From the NCBI GenBank assembly GCA_963758525.1, contig CAVWVQ010000003.1:2752001-2816000 (forward strand): a stretch of 64,000 nt of DNA, given 5' to 3'. The notes under the pieces were generated by a model. It had not been told where the DNA came from and did no database searches. It worked only from the letters and a program-made list of their open reading frames with translations. The position numbers were made by a program, and so were the translations under genes. This DNA is from an uncultured Phycisphaerales bacterium (GTDB lineage Bacteria; Planctomycetota; Phycisphaerae; Tepidisphaerales; Tepidisphaeraceae). Of this stretch, positions 8,554 through 17,709 are shown one piece after another (position 1 is the first letter of the stretch; each line of letters starts with the position of its first letter).

Positions 8554-9478
8554 GGGTGTTCCTTTCTTCCGTGTTCTTACCCTCTTGTTTCCCTGAGTGC
8601 CCGGCGAAGATCGGGCAGCGGGAACGAAACGGACAAGTCACGCAGTTCTGTGGCGACGGACTGGGGTAGAAATTGCCGCTCTGGATTGCCGCCCAGACCT
8701 GGGCGATGCCATCCCGCATGACATCGATCCGCTGCTCCTCTGCGGCGAGCGGCAGAATCTGCACGCGGGGAACCTTGTGCTTGGTGAGCACCGCGAAATG
8801 CAGCTTGATCGGCAGTCCCATGGAACGGGACATCTGCGCCAGCGTCTGACCGTACAGCACGAGCTGATCGCCCGACTCCTGTGCCTTCTGTTCGGTCCAG
8901 GAACTGCGGGATGTCTTAAAGTCAATGCAATGCAGCCAGCCGTCGGTATGCGTTAGCAAATCTACCTTGGTCAGCACATCAGGGAAACTTGCATCGAGCG
9001 TGACGGTGAGTGTTTCTTCGATGCCGAGAATCGTGCTCTTGGGGCTGGCGAGCGGTGAAGCCAGAAACGCCGTCAGCATCCGGCTGGCCAGTTCGTGAAG
9101 TGTGTCGGTGTTCTCGTTCTTGTTGAACCGCACGGGAACGGGCTTGCCCGACGTCGCGGGCCGCTTGCGCCAAGCATCGTGATACGCCGATAGCAATGCT
9201 TCAAGCGTCACGGCCAGACCCTCAAGTCTGGCCCGGAAATAAAGCTCCAGAGCCGCATGGATGCTGCCACCGAAGATCAAGCTGCTGGGAACGAAATCAG
9301 CCGGAGCATTCTCGACGTATTGAAAGGCGAACTTCCGAGGGCAGGCTCGAAAAAAGTAAAGCTGTGAGTGGGACAAGTACGGCCGCCCCGTGATCCGCTG
9401 GGCCAGCTGGTTGGGCGCACGGCTGCGCCGGTTCCCGGTGCGCGCAGCGTGAGCGGGCATGACCGTCTGCGTGGTCAT
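8543..9478 (-). CDS. PD-(D/E)XK nuclease family protein (RecB/AddB-like, four-Cys cluster)
   Basis: LSHSQL...CPRKFAFQY, GGSIHAALE, KVDL...IDFKTS, QLVLY, CVTCPFRSRC; AAGGAGG RBS. Confidence 0.9.
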   Translation of the reverse strand: MTTQTVMPAHAARTGNRRSRAPNQLAQRITGRPYLSHSQLYFFRACPRKFAFQYVENAPADFVPSSLIFGGSIHAALELYFRARLEGLAVTLEALLSAYHDAWRKRPATSGKPVPVRFNKNENTDTLHELASRMLTAFLASPLASPKSTILGIEETLTVTLDASFPDVLTKVDLLTHTDGWLHCIDFKTSRSSWTEQKAQESGDQLVLYGQTLAQMSRSMGLPIKLHFAVLTKHKVPRVQILPLAAEEQRIDVMRDGIAQVWAAIQSGNFYPSPSPQNCVTCPFRSRCPIFAGHSGKQEGKNTEERNTHDL

Positions 9479-9515
9479 GAGAACCTCCTTTCTTTTAGGT
9501 GTCGCGTGACGGCAA

Positions 9516-9537
9516 ATCTAAAAACCGGTTTTTAGAT
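9516..9537. promoter_or_regulatory. Perfect 22-bp AT-rich palindrome ATCTAAAAACCGGTTTTTAGAT, candidate operator
   Basis: Exact self-complement, intergenic, about 38 bp upstream of the nuclease start; the regulatory role is inferred. Confidence 0.55.
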
Positions 9538-9557
9538 GTAGCGAAATGTGGCCAGTC

Positions 9558-10022
9558 TCAGCGTCCTCGGTCTGCTGAGGTGAAGCACTTGAGGTGGTCG
9601 ATGAGATCACTGGCCTGCCGGACGCTCAGGTCGTCCAGCGCCACGCCGACGATCTGGTCGGATTCGTGTGCCGGATCAATGTTGGCGCGGCGGGCGATGG
9701 CGAAGATGGCCTTGCGCTGGCTTTCGGTCATGCCGCCGTGGTGACCATTGCCGTTACCGTTGCCGCCGTTGCGGTTGCTGGGAGCGCCGTTGCGCGAAGG
9801 GTATGGGCGCGACTGACGGGTGTCGTTGCGCGGGGCTCGACCCGCCTGTTGCTCAAGAGCCTGCTGGGCCTGCGCGTACAGGTTGCCGATCTCCTGCTGG
9901 AGTTCGTCGGGACGAGCCAGCAGCGATTGATCCAGCTCCGCGGTGACGTTGATCGAGACGCCGGTCGATTGGAAATTCCGGCTGGCTTTCCGGCTCAAGC
10001 CGACATTGACGGATAAGGGCAC
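9558..10022 (-). CDS. Hypothetical protein (phage/ICE-type)
   Basis: GTG start with AAGGAG; VNVGLSRK...GVSINVTAELD N-terminus, N/G-rich linker, C-terminal MTESQRKAIFAIARR...LSVRQASDLIDHLK helical module. Confidence 0.7.
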   Translation of the reverse strand: MPLSVNVGLSRKASRNFQSTGVSINVTAELDQSLLARPDELQQEIGNLYAQAQQALEQQAGRAPRNDTRQSRPYPSRNGAPSNRNGGNGNGNGHHGGMTESQRKAIFAIARRANIDPAHESDQIVGVALDDLSVRQASDLIDHLKCFTSADRGR

Positions 10023-10290
10023 GGGAATCTCCTTTGCCCGAGAGGGCGGTTGTGGGTGTGAAGAAGGGCGGATGGCTATCCATCTGCACCTCACAGGTAT
10101 TGACGCAAAACGGGCTGCAATTTAGCTCAGAGGTTCCGATCTCAGACTCGGCGTCGAGTCGAGACTTAGAACGCCGTCGATCATGGAATGAATGCGGGGA
10201 AAAGAGCAGAAGGTAGTCGGCAATATCGCCGGACGACATGTTCGACGGATCAAGCGAACAGCGTTGCTGGAAATTGATGAGTCGGATACA

Positions 10291-10455
10291 TCACTTTTTA
10301 GCCTCCCTGGAGTCTGCGGCACATTGAGGGCAAACAGATCCCACTGGAAACGGAATTTGGTGCTTCGGACACAAGTTGCGTGTGATGGTCTCTGTCCTCA
10401 CCTTGTCCGTCGCCGGTTGGTTTTTCTCATCAGTGATGATTTTGTGTTTTGCCAT
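10291..10455 (-). CDS. Zinc-ribbon microprotein (CxxH-x9-CxxC)
   Basis: CPKHQIPFPVGSVCPQC; tandem paralog of 10460..10603. Confidence 0.65.
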   Translation of the reverse strand: MAKHKIITDEKNQPATDKVRTETITRNLCPKHQIPFPVGSVCPQCAADSREAKK

Positions 10456-10459
10456 TTTA

Positions 10460-10603
10460 CTATTCTTTATTCGCGGTCCGCGCACATTTCGGACAAGACG
10501 AGCCTTTGGGGTATGTGATTCCGTGCTTCGCGCATTTGCTTCTATTTACAACGGCAGTCACAGTTTTTCTTGGCTTGTTTTGTCCGTGCTTATTGATCGC
10601 CAT
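10460..10603 (-). CDS. Zinc-ribbon microprotein (CxxH-x9-CxxC)
   Basis: CAKHGITYPKGSSCPKC; GAGG RBS; overlaps the end of the upstream gene. Confidence 0.65.
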   Translation of the reverse strand: MAINKHGQNKPRKTVTAVVNRSKCAKHGITYPKGSSCPKCARTANKE

Positions 10604-11411
10604 TGTGACCTCGGTTCGCCCGCCAAAATTGAGCATCCGCAATCAGCCTTGCCCCGATGAATCCTACCATTGCTACAGACGCAATCACAATCACTACTAT
10701 CACCGGCCCTGACGACCAAGAGTATACTGCTGCCAGTAACCAGACGGCAGACAAGGCGAGCAAAGAATAAGCCGTTTCAAGCAACCCGTCGCTGAGCTGG
10801 TCAATCCAGTAATAGAACTTGTGTTCTTGTAGTGATGCAGTGGTGAGAAAACAGAAGAAGCTGACTGCTGCATAGTAGATCGCCGGCAACAAGTCCTTCA
10901 CCAATAGCCCACCAACAACTGCAAGTCCCGCAACGAATGTAATACTGAAGCTAGCGAGCATCAAGGCGGTTTCACGGTGCGCGTCGGTGTCTCGCTCATC
11001 CTCTCCCAGAAGCCGCCACAACTCCGGCCGCAAGATAAGCACCAGAACGAGCCTTGGCAGCAGCGGGACAAGTGGCAAAAAGTACCAGAAGCATTTCGCG
11101 GAGCCATTGATTGCAGATGTCTTCGCTGCCGCTCCAGCAGCTTCCTCGGTTTTGATTTCCGCATCGAGCGATTCAACCGCGATCGACAACCGAGAAATCG
11201 CTTCATTCTCGCTCTGGGCGCGAAGTTGTGCACTCTTCTCGGTCGCCTCCAAAGTTCGAGCCAAACGATCCATGCTGGATACAACGGTGTTGTTTGCACA
11301 CCGCGCTGGCAGTTTCATTTTTTGGGTTGGAGTGTCAGCTGAGGCGATAATTGCGTTAAGCAGGAAGGCGACGAACGCGGGCAAGCAGAGCCAGTATCGA
11401 CAATGATTCAT
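10590..11411 (-). CDS. Hypothetical membrane protein (signal peptide, coiled coil, about 5 TM segments)
   Basis: Hydrophobic N-terminus, heptad-like region, several hydrophobic segments; visibly lower GC. Confidence 0.65.
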   Translation of the reverse strand: MNHCRYWLCLPAFVAFLLNAIIASADTPTQKMKLPARCANNTVVSSMDRLARTLEATEKSAQLRAQSENEAISRLSIAVESLDAEIKTEEAAGAAAKTSAINGSAKCFWYFLPLVPLLPRLVLVLILRPELWRLLGEDERDTDAHRETALMLASFSITFVAGLAVVGGLLVKDLLPAIYYAAVSFFCFLTTASLQEHKFYYWIDQLSDGLLETAYSLLALSAVWLLAAVYSWSSGPVIVVIVIASVAMVGFIGARLIADAQFWRANRGHNGDQ

Positions 11412-11691
11412 GGTCTTCTCGGCACGTCTCTCAGTTAGTTAGAACGGGGCTTGGGTTGACGAGCTACGACCCGCTCTCCGGCCAAGCCGGCATTCAAGCT
11501 CAGGAATCGGCTTCGACAATGAAGGCGCGAAATCAAAGAGCTGAGCACAAGTCTTCCGAAGGCATGCGGCAATGTCAACCGCCTAGTTTCTGGATGGCCC
11601 GCGGTCCGGCGGCCGATGCGTTGGGCCGAGATTCGACTCGATTGCCCGAATTCCGGGTTCGCTATGTTCCGAACAGGGGACGGGAGCAGAT

Positions 11692-11961
11692 ATGACTCCT
11701 GACCAAAGCTGGGGCGTCGAAGGGCTCACCCTCGCCGTCCTTCATCAGATCGAATCGTCGGGGTACGCCGTGAGCGTCCATCGGCTCGGCGGCTCGCTCC
11801 ACGGGACTCTGCCACCATCTATCGAGATGCACGCCGTTCGCCTCGACGCCACTGAGCCGCCGCAGATCGCCCGCGTTGTCATCGAGAGCGTTGACGATCC
11901 GGAGTATCACTGCGCCTGCCTGTTGGCGCACGCCGTTGGAATCGACCTTGAAGACGGTTAG
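11692..11961 (+). CDS. Hypothetical protein
   Basis: GGAG RBS; ends 9 bp before the UDG-like gene. Confidence 0.55.
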   Translation: MTPDQSWGVEGLTLAVLHQIESSGYAVSVHRLGGSLHGTLPPSIEMHAVRLDATEPPQIARVVIESVDDPEYHCACLLAHAVGIDLEDG

Positions 11962-11970
11962 AACACGCCG

Positions 11971-12723
11971 GTGATCACAGTGACGGCTGATTCTCTCCTG
12001 CCCAAGTACGCGGACGCAATCAGAGAGCTGCCTGCCGGTCCCCTTTCTTTAGCGATGTTGGCGGAGCGCTTCACGCTGTATCACGAAGTCAGGGTTCGGA
12101 TCGTTTACGCGCCATTCGATTTTGTGAATACGTCGGCGCGCATTGCCATCGTCGGCATCACGCCAGGCCTTTCTCAGGCGCAAATCGCCTTCGAGTCAGT
12201 CAGAGCGGCGCTGGTCGGCGGCAAGTCCCTCGAACAAGCTGCTAAAGAAGCGAAGACAGCCGCCAGCTTCGCCGGTCCGATGCGCTCGAATCTCTGTTCC
12301 ATGCTCGACGCCATCGGACTGCCGGCAGTTCTGGGGATTCCGAACTCCGTGGCGCTGTTCGATCAATCATCCGATCTGCTTCACTGCACGTCGGTCATCC
12401 GTTACCCGGTATTCGTGAATGCTGAGAACTACGGCGGGTCCAATCCATATGCCTGGAAACATCCGGCGCTGCTGGCGTACATCAAGGATGTACTGGCCGC
12501 GGAACTGCAAGCTGTCACCGGGTCATTGATCGTGCCGTTGGGGAAGGCTGCGGAGCGCGCAGTCAGGTATCTGGTCTGGAGTCACCGGCTCGACGAGCGA
12601 CGGTGTCTGATCGGCTTGCCTCATCCTTCCGGCGGGAATGGGCATCGAGTCGGGCAGTTCAACCAGCAGCGCAAGGCCCTGACGAGGCAGTTGAACGGGT
12701 GGAGCGAGCTGGTCGAGGACTGA
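11971..12723 (+). CDS. Uracil-DNA glycosylase superfamily protein
   Basis: IAIVGITPG (motif A-like), SFAG, IVPLGK, LPHPSGGN (motif B-like). Confidence 0.8.
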   Translation: MITVTADSLLPKYADAIRELPAGPLSLAMLAERFTLYHEVRVRIVYAPFDFVNTSARIAIVGITPGLSQAQIAFESVRAALVGGKSLEQAAKEAKTAASFAGPMRSNLCSMLDAIGLPAVLGIPNSVALFDQSSDLLHCTSVIRYPVFVNAENYGGSNPYAWKHPALLAYIKDVLAAELQAVTGSLIVPLGKAAERAVRYLVWSHRLDERRCLIGLPHPSGGNGHRVGQFNQQRKALTRQLNGWSELVED

Positions 12724-12735
12724 ATCGCGGCGGCC

Positions 12736-13344
12736 CTACCCTCCAACGGTCTTTTGCAGCGCCACCATTTTCCGGTTCGCGGCTCTTAGTTCCTTGAGTA
12801 CCGCAGGCGAGAGCCGAAATGCGGGCTTCCCGGCGGGCATGACCTCTTGCATCAAGCCTTTCCACTTGCGGGAAAGTTTTGCGATCGACACCAACGCCTC
12901 CCCCGCGTCCTCCGGCGTATGAGCATGCCTGCCAGCCAGGGCTCTTCGCTGGCCGAATTTTTTGAGGATCTCCGAGTCCAATCGATTGCGACTCCATTTC
13001 CCAGCGATAGCCAGCCGTTCCAGTCGACACCGTGCCTCGCCTTTTGGTACTGACAACAGTCTGATGATGTGGCTGAAGCCCAGGGCGTATCCGGATTCCC
13101 GGGCGTCCTTGATCAACTGATCGAGTTCTCTGCGGGTATAGCCGACTTTCGGGTCAGCACAGACGCGGGCTTTTCGGAGCATTTCGGTGCTGGTTCCCCG
13201 TTTTTGAACCTCCAGCATGCCGCCATACGCCATGCGCTCCCGATATTGCTCCAAGCTTCCCTTGCCCTGATCGTAGAACTTTTCGATGTCCCTGAGTGAC
13301 TGCTCTACGCGCCGTTGTGTCTTCTGCATGTGCTCACCAGCCAC
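12736..13344 (-). CDS. Hypothetical basic protein resembling the DUF1016/YhcG N-terminal domain
   Basis: LGFSHIIRLLSVPKGEARCRLERLAIAGKWSRNRLDSEI resembles the LSWSH..LL.V....R...A....WS...L...I pattern. Confidence 0.55.
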   Translation of the reverse strand: MAGEHMQKTQRRVEQSLRDIEKFYDQGKGSLEQYRERMAYGGMLEVQKRGTSTEMLRKARVCADPKVGYTRRELDQLIKDARESGYALGFSHIIRLLSVPKGEARCRLERLAIAGKWSRNRLDSEILKKFGQRRALAGRHAHTPEDAGEALVSIAKLSRKWKGLMQEVMPAGKPAFRLSPAVLKELRAANRKMVALQKTVGG

Positions 13345-13559
13345 TGGAGAGAAATGATCTGCGTCAATGGCCCAGCCATTGGAGACGAGCGTACTGAGAA
13401 GACGCCACGGTGAACAGATCGTGCAACCTGGGCGAGTCCGTTCCAGATCGGAAATAAATCGCCGGCATATCGAAGGTGCGCGAGTCTGCCGGCCACAATC
13501 GAGCCGTGACCAGGACAGGCGTGACGCTCAAAAATGGATTGAGTAACATCGCGGACACG

Positions 13560-14093
13560 ATGTCCGAAGAGCCGGTGCCCGCTACGACGGAAGAAGAGAT
13601 GGACCCAATGTTCAGAGTGTCGTGCCCTCTCGCGATCCCTGTGTCTGAACTGGGCGACCAGGATATTTTTTGCCACAAATGCCAGAAGCAACTTGAGGAG
13701 GCCTGTTTCGACGGTTTCGGCAGGTACTACTGTGAAAAGTGCATGGAGACGCGAATTGCGCGCGTGGAAAAGAGAGCAGAAAGTTATGCGGCGTCGCAGT
13801 GCAGGATCACCGCGCAACTTCCAAAATACGATCGAGCGTTCGAATTTCGCTGCACTCCAGAGGACTACGAAATGGGCGCGAAGGAATCATATTCGCCGAA
13901 CGCATATCTGGCGCATTGTCGCCACAACTGCACGAACTACGAAATTCTCATCGAGAGACTGGATCCAGAGCAGATAGCGCACAAGGTCTGGTATTGGGCG
14001 ATAAGGGACAGAATTGAGACGCTGTTGCAGGACGCGATCGACGAAAGAGAGCTGCTCGATGATGATGAGGATGAAAGCGAGTCCTGGCGTTGA
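13560..14093 (+). CDS. Hypothetical protein with CxxC pairs and acidic tail
   Basis: CHKC...CEKC, CRHNCTNYE; start uncertain. Confidence 0.6.
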   Translation: MSEEPVPATTEEEMDPMFRVSCPLAIPVSELGDQDIFCHKCQKQLEEACFDGFGRYYCEKCMETRIARVEKRAESYAASQCRITAQLPKYDRAFEFRCTPEDYEMGAKESYSPNAYLAHCRHNCTNYEILIERLDPEQIAHKVWYWAIRDRIETLLQDAIDERELLDDDEDESESWR

Positions 14094-14320
14094 AGCCGGG
14101 CGGTGATTGTGAGCCCCAGGAGCTTCGCAGCAAACCCTGCCGTTGTGAAAACTCTGTGTAAACTAGGCTCGAAACCGTGGTGAATCGCCATGAGTGCCCG
14201 TGATCCGCAGTGAATTCCAATGAAATTCGTAACTCCTGGTCCGATCAGTGCGTATGATACAAACACGGGCTTGTTAAAGAGTTGCAGTCGGCGATGGGGC
14301 CGTTTCCCCGTCTCTCCGTT

Positions 14321-14494
14321 TTAAGTTGCCCGCCCTAGAACCGTGAAATGAATCCCCTCGAGCGCAAGAGCGGGCAACGCCGTCTCCGGAACGACGGTCT
14401 CGCCGGTGGACCAGGTTTTGAAGGGAAACCGACCGACCAAGTAAGCCAACGCACGTCGCTCGGTCGCAAGATCAGCAAATCGGATCTTGATCAT
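14321..14494 (-). CDS. Small hypothetical protein
   Basis: GGAG RBS then MIKIRFADLATERRALAYLVGRFPFKTWSTGETVVPETAL... Confidence 0.55.
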   Translation of the reverse strand: MIKIRFADLATERRALAYLVGRFPFKTWSTGETVVPETALPALALEGIHFTVLGRAT

Positions 14495-14581
14495 CTCAAC
14501 TCCAGCCGTATCGTAGCCGTAAACCTCTCTGTTTGCATGCCCAGCTTCCGCCTCGGCGGGTTTGCTTCTATCCTCGTTTGC

Positions 14582-15781
14582 TTGAAGATCCTTCTTCCCA
14601 TTCTCCATGCCGATCCCGCTCGCGGCGGGGCGGAGCGCTACACGATCGATCTGGCGGCCGGACTGCGCGCGCGCGGACACGATGTGCGCATCGCCGCTTC
14701 GACGTTCGAAGCAAAAGTGCAAACCCCTACCGATGTCGTGATTGACGCCGGCGGGTCGACGCGACACAGCCGGTATCTGCGGTTCCTCGATGGCCTCGAC
14801 CGTCACCTGGCCGCTCAGCGGTACGACATCGTTCATGCGATGCTGCCGGTCCGGTATTGCGATATTTACCATCCGCACGCGGGCATTGCGGCCGCCGCGC
14901 TGGCTGGCGGACATCTCAAGCATGACGGCGCGTTCATGCAGACCGTGTCGCGCGTCGCCACACGCCTCAATCGCCGCCGGCAGCGCTTCGGGGAAGTCGA
15001 GCGCTCGCTCCTGACCGGGCCGCGGCCGCCAGTGGTCCTGTGTCTCTCGCAATACGTGCGGGCCAATGTGCAGAAGCATTACACACTTGCAGATTCGCAA
15101 TTGGCGACGCTTTTCAATGCCGTCGATCTCTCCCGCTTTGACCCCGCCGCCCGCCCTGACGCGGGCGTTGAGGCGCGACGACAGCTCAATATCAATGCCG
15201 ACGCGATCGTCGCGCTGATGATCGCCAACGACTTTGAGCGAAAGGGACTGCGCGAAGCGATCCAGGCGACGGCCAGGGTGAATGATCGGCGCTTGCTGCT
15301 GGTCGTCGTCGGCAGAGACAAGCCCGGTCCCTATCGCGCCGTGGCGGAACAAAACAAAAACGCGAAAGTTCTTTTCGCCGGCGCCACGGATGATCCGTAC
15401 GCCCTCTACCGCGCCGCCGATTTCTTCCTGTTGCCAACCCGGCACGATCCGTGCAGCCTGGTGGTGCTGGAGGCATTGGCGATGGGATTGCCGGTGATCA
15501 GCACGATTTTCAACGGCGCGTGCGAAATCATGACCGACGGCCGCGAGGGTCTTGTGTTGCGTGATTCCTCCGACATCGTCACGCTGGCGGAAGCAATTCG
15601 TCAGATGCTCGATCCGAAGGTGCGCGCCGCCGCGTCCGCGGCAGCACTCGCGCTGCGGCCGCAACTCGCGTACAGCCGCCACCTTGACGCGCTGGAGGAA
15701 ATCTATCGGCGACGCGGTGTGCCTTCCGCCGGCAGTGAACCGCCGCTGATCCCTTCTCCCGGCACCGCGGGAGAAAGTTAG
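14582..15781 (+). CDS. Glycosyltransferase family 4
   Basis: GGAERY, FNAVD, RKGL, ADFFLLPTRHDPCSLVVLEALAMGLPVI; TTG start. Confidence 0.92.
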   Translation: MKILLPILHADPARGGAERYTIDLAAGLRARGHDVRIAASTFEAKVQTPTDVVIDAGGSTRHSRYLRFLDGLDRHLAAQRYDIVHAMLPVRYCDIYHPHAGIAAAALAGGHLKHDGAFMQTVSRVATRLNRRRQRFGEVERSLLTGPRPPVVLCLSQYVRANVQKHYTLADSQLATLFNAVDLSRFDPAARPDAGVEARRQLNINADAIVALMIANDFERKGLREAIQATARVNDRRLLLVVVGRDKPGPYRAVAEQNKNAKVLFAGATDDPYALYRAADFFLLPTRHDPCSLVVLEALAMGLPVISTIFNGACEIMTDGREGLVLRDSSDIVTLAEAIRQMLDPKVRAAASAAALALRPQLAYSRHLDALEEIYRRRGVPSAGSEPPLIPSPGTAGES

Positions 15782-15858
15782 CATCCGGGCGTCACCAGAA
15801 GTTAGGAAAGTAAGCCGTCATGTGTAGAATGCGGTGTCGTCTGCCGCGGGGAGATTCG

Positions 15859-16653
15859 ATGGCGGTTCGATTGAAGGAGACTGGCAAGTGTGCTTGCGGT
15901 ACCCGCCTGCGGGCATTCGTCTTCGTCGCCTGGTCGTTGCTTGTCCCGGCGGTTCTCTGCGCTCAAACCGGCTTCGCTCCCGGGCAACCGACAAAACTCC
16001 CGATCGACGCCAAGTTCGTGGTTTCCAGCGCAATCGATAGCGGCGGCGCGATCTGGATCGGCACGGAAGATCAGGGGGTCTGGCGCGTGAGTGAAGGGAC
16101 GGCAGCCCATTTCACCACGGCCGACGGGTTGGGTGACGATGACGCATATGCAATTGCCGTGGATCTTCAGGGTCGCGCGTGGGTCGGCCATTCGAGTCAT
16201 GGCGTGTCCGTGTTTGATGGGGCGGGACACTGGCGGAATTATGACGTGACGTCGGGGCCATGGGGTTCGCGCGTCTTTTCCATCGCTGTTTGTCCGATCG
16301 ATGGCGACGTTTGGATCGCGACGGAGGCGGGGCTCACCCGCTACGCGCCGCGAACCGATACCTGGTCGAACATCGATCGGACCAGCGGACTGCCGGCGAA
16401 CGAAACCAACGCCCTGGCGTTTAACGCGAAAGGCGATCTGTTTGCCGGTCTGCAGTGTGGCGGCATCGCGATCGCGCGGCGCAGCGACGGCTATCGCACC
16501 TGGCGATCCACTTCCGGCCCGGATCAGATGCCAACGACACCAACCGGCGACGGACTTCCCACTCCGTTGGTCAATGCGTTAATCGTTGCCCGCGAGGCGG
16601 CACATAGCTTTGCTGGAGGGAACCCTGCACCTGTGGGCGGCGAGCGGATTTGA
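15859..16653 (+). pseudogene. Truncated beta-propeller (Reg_prop-like repeat) secreted protein, paralog of the central part of 35056..38262
   Basis: IWIGTEDQGVW, DGLGDDDAYAIAVD, GRAWVGH, GLP repeats; similarity stops near 16,595. Confidence 0.65.
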
Positions 16654-17032
16654 GGAACTCCAGGCCGATCATCTCGACCAGACGGTCAGAAAACCTCGGA
16701 CCATCACGCTCGCCAGCGGACTACAGATCGCCATTGAACAGCAGAAGCCGCGCGGGCAGGAGCTGACGATCACCCTCGGCATGCTCCGGCATGACAAGCC
16801 GGTTACGGAGTGGAACTTGCTCGAGCGCCGCCTCCGCTCCATCCGGCTGACAGCAATCGATTCCAGCGAACATCACACCGAGATCGAACACAACGGCGAA
16901 AGCTGGAGTCCCAACGAGCACTGGATTCACTTCAATACGAAGCTGCCCGCGCCGGTGAAGGTCATCGCGCGCGTGCCGGTCGACGTCGAAATCCAAATCC
17001 CTTTTTCGCTTCACGATCTTCCGCTGCCATAG
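16586..17032 (+). pseudogene. C-terminal fragment of an unrelated protein
   Basis: Protein-like frame ending IPFSLHDLPLP with no convincing start; abuts the truncated propeller gene. Confidence 0.45.
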
Positions 17033-17090
17033 GCCGGGAAGCAGGTTCCAATCGAATGAGAGCAATTTTCCGGGTTGGAGGTGGCGGCCA

Positions 17091-17147
17091 TTGTGGTGCG
17101 GGCTTCCAGCCTGCTCCGCAGGGGCAGGCTGGAAGCCTGCACCACAA
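17091..17147. repeat. REP-like palindrome, family A (TTGTGGTGC(A/G)GGCTTCCAGCCTGC...GCAGGCTGGAAGCCTGCACCACAA)
   Basis: 24-bp arms between convergent genes; further copies at 43778 and 54134. Confidence 0.85.
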
Positions 17148-17160
17148 CATCACAACTGCT

Positions 17161-17709
17161 TTAATCCAACTCGTCGTCCCGCAGTGAGACCGGCGGGCGC
17201 AGAATTTCCGTCAGAATGAACTGCTGCCGCAACAGCGCCGGCTGCATCCGCCGCGAAAGAGACCGCCCGTCGACCAGCGCCGGCGCGGTGGCTGTCGTTG
17301 TCGGAGAATCCTCGGATCGAGCGGCGGCGCTGAGTTTGACTGCCGGGGAGGAAGCCTCAGGCGCGAGGTGTCTGCGCTGCGGTGTCGCCGGCACGCGTCC
17401 GCCGGCGACCAGTTGGCGGATGGCTTCCGCCTGGCGAGCCGCGAACACGGCATCGGTCCGCTTCTTCGCCAGCGCACCCGGCCGCGGGATCGGCCGCAAC
17501 GATTTGGCGGTCATCGGGAGCGGCGGCGGGACGGGCTGGGGCCGTTTCGGTGAAAAAGGAGCAATGGGAACGACCGGCGTTTTTGGCCCAGTCGAGGCGC
17601 GCTTGAAAATGGCCGAGCCGATGCCGAAAAGCCAGATAGCGCCGACCACGATCATGGGGATGAATCGGAGCCAGCCCGTGTCAGCGAGAATGAGCGAGGC
17701 CGGCAGCAT
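17161..17709 (-). CDS. Hypothetical membrane-anchored protein downstream of floA
   Basis: N-terminal TM, Pro/Ala-rich middle, C-terminal FILTEILRPPVSLR. Confidence 0.7.
   Translation of the reverse strand: MLPASLILADTGWLRFIPMIVVGAIWLFGIGSAIFKRASTGPKTPVVPIAPFSPKRPQPVPPPLPMTAKSLRPIPRPGALAKKRTDAVFAARQAEAIRQLVAGGRVPATPQRRHLAPEASSPAVKLSAAARSEDSPTTTATAPALVDGRSLSRRMQPALLRQQFILTEILRPPVSLRDDELD

Larger units (their letters stand above)
1..14100. mobile_element. Probable arm of an integrated phage/ICE-like element (boundaries approximate; continues left of the window)
   Basis: Dense co-oriented minus-strand run of small hypothetical genes, a WGR-domain gene, a PD-(D/E)XK nuclease and a Ubl cassette, interspersed with opposite-strand cargo. 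Housekeeping-type genes resume after about 14,300. No integrase, att site or structural gene is in the window. Confidence 0.5.

Noticed and set aside
8543..9478. Cas4 of a CRISPR system
   Set aside because: The four-Cys PD-(D/E)XK pattern is shared with phage/element RecB-like nucleases; no cas1, cas2 or array is present
14247..14280. dif-like Xer site or att site at the element boundary (AGTGCGTATGA...TTGTTAAAG)
   Set aside because: Spacing between the putative arms does not fit the 11-6-11 dif layout; no tRNA 3' end or matching direct repeat is visible in the window
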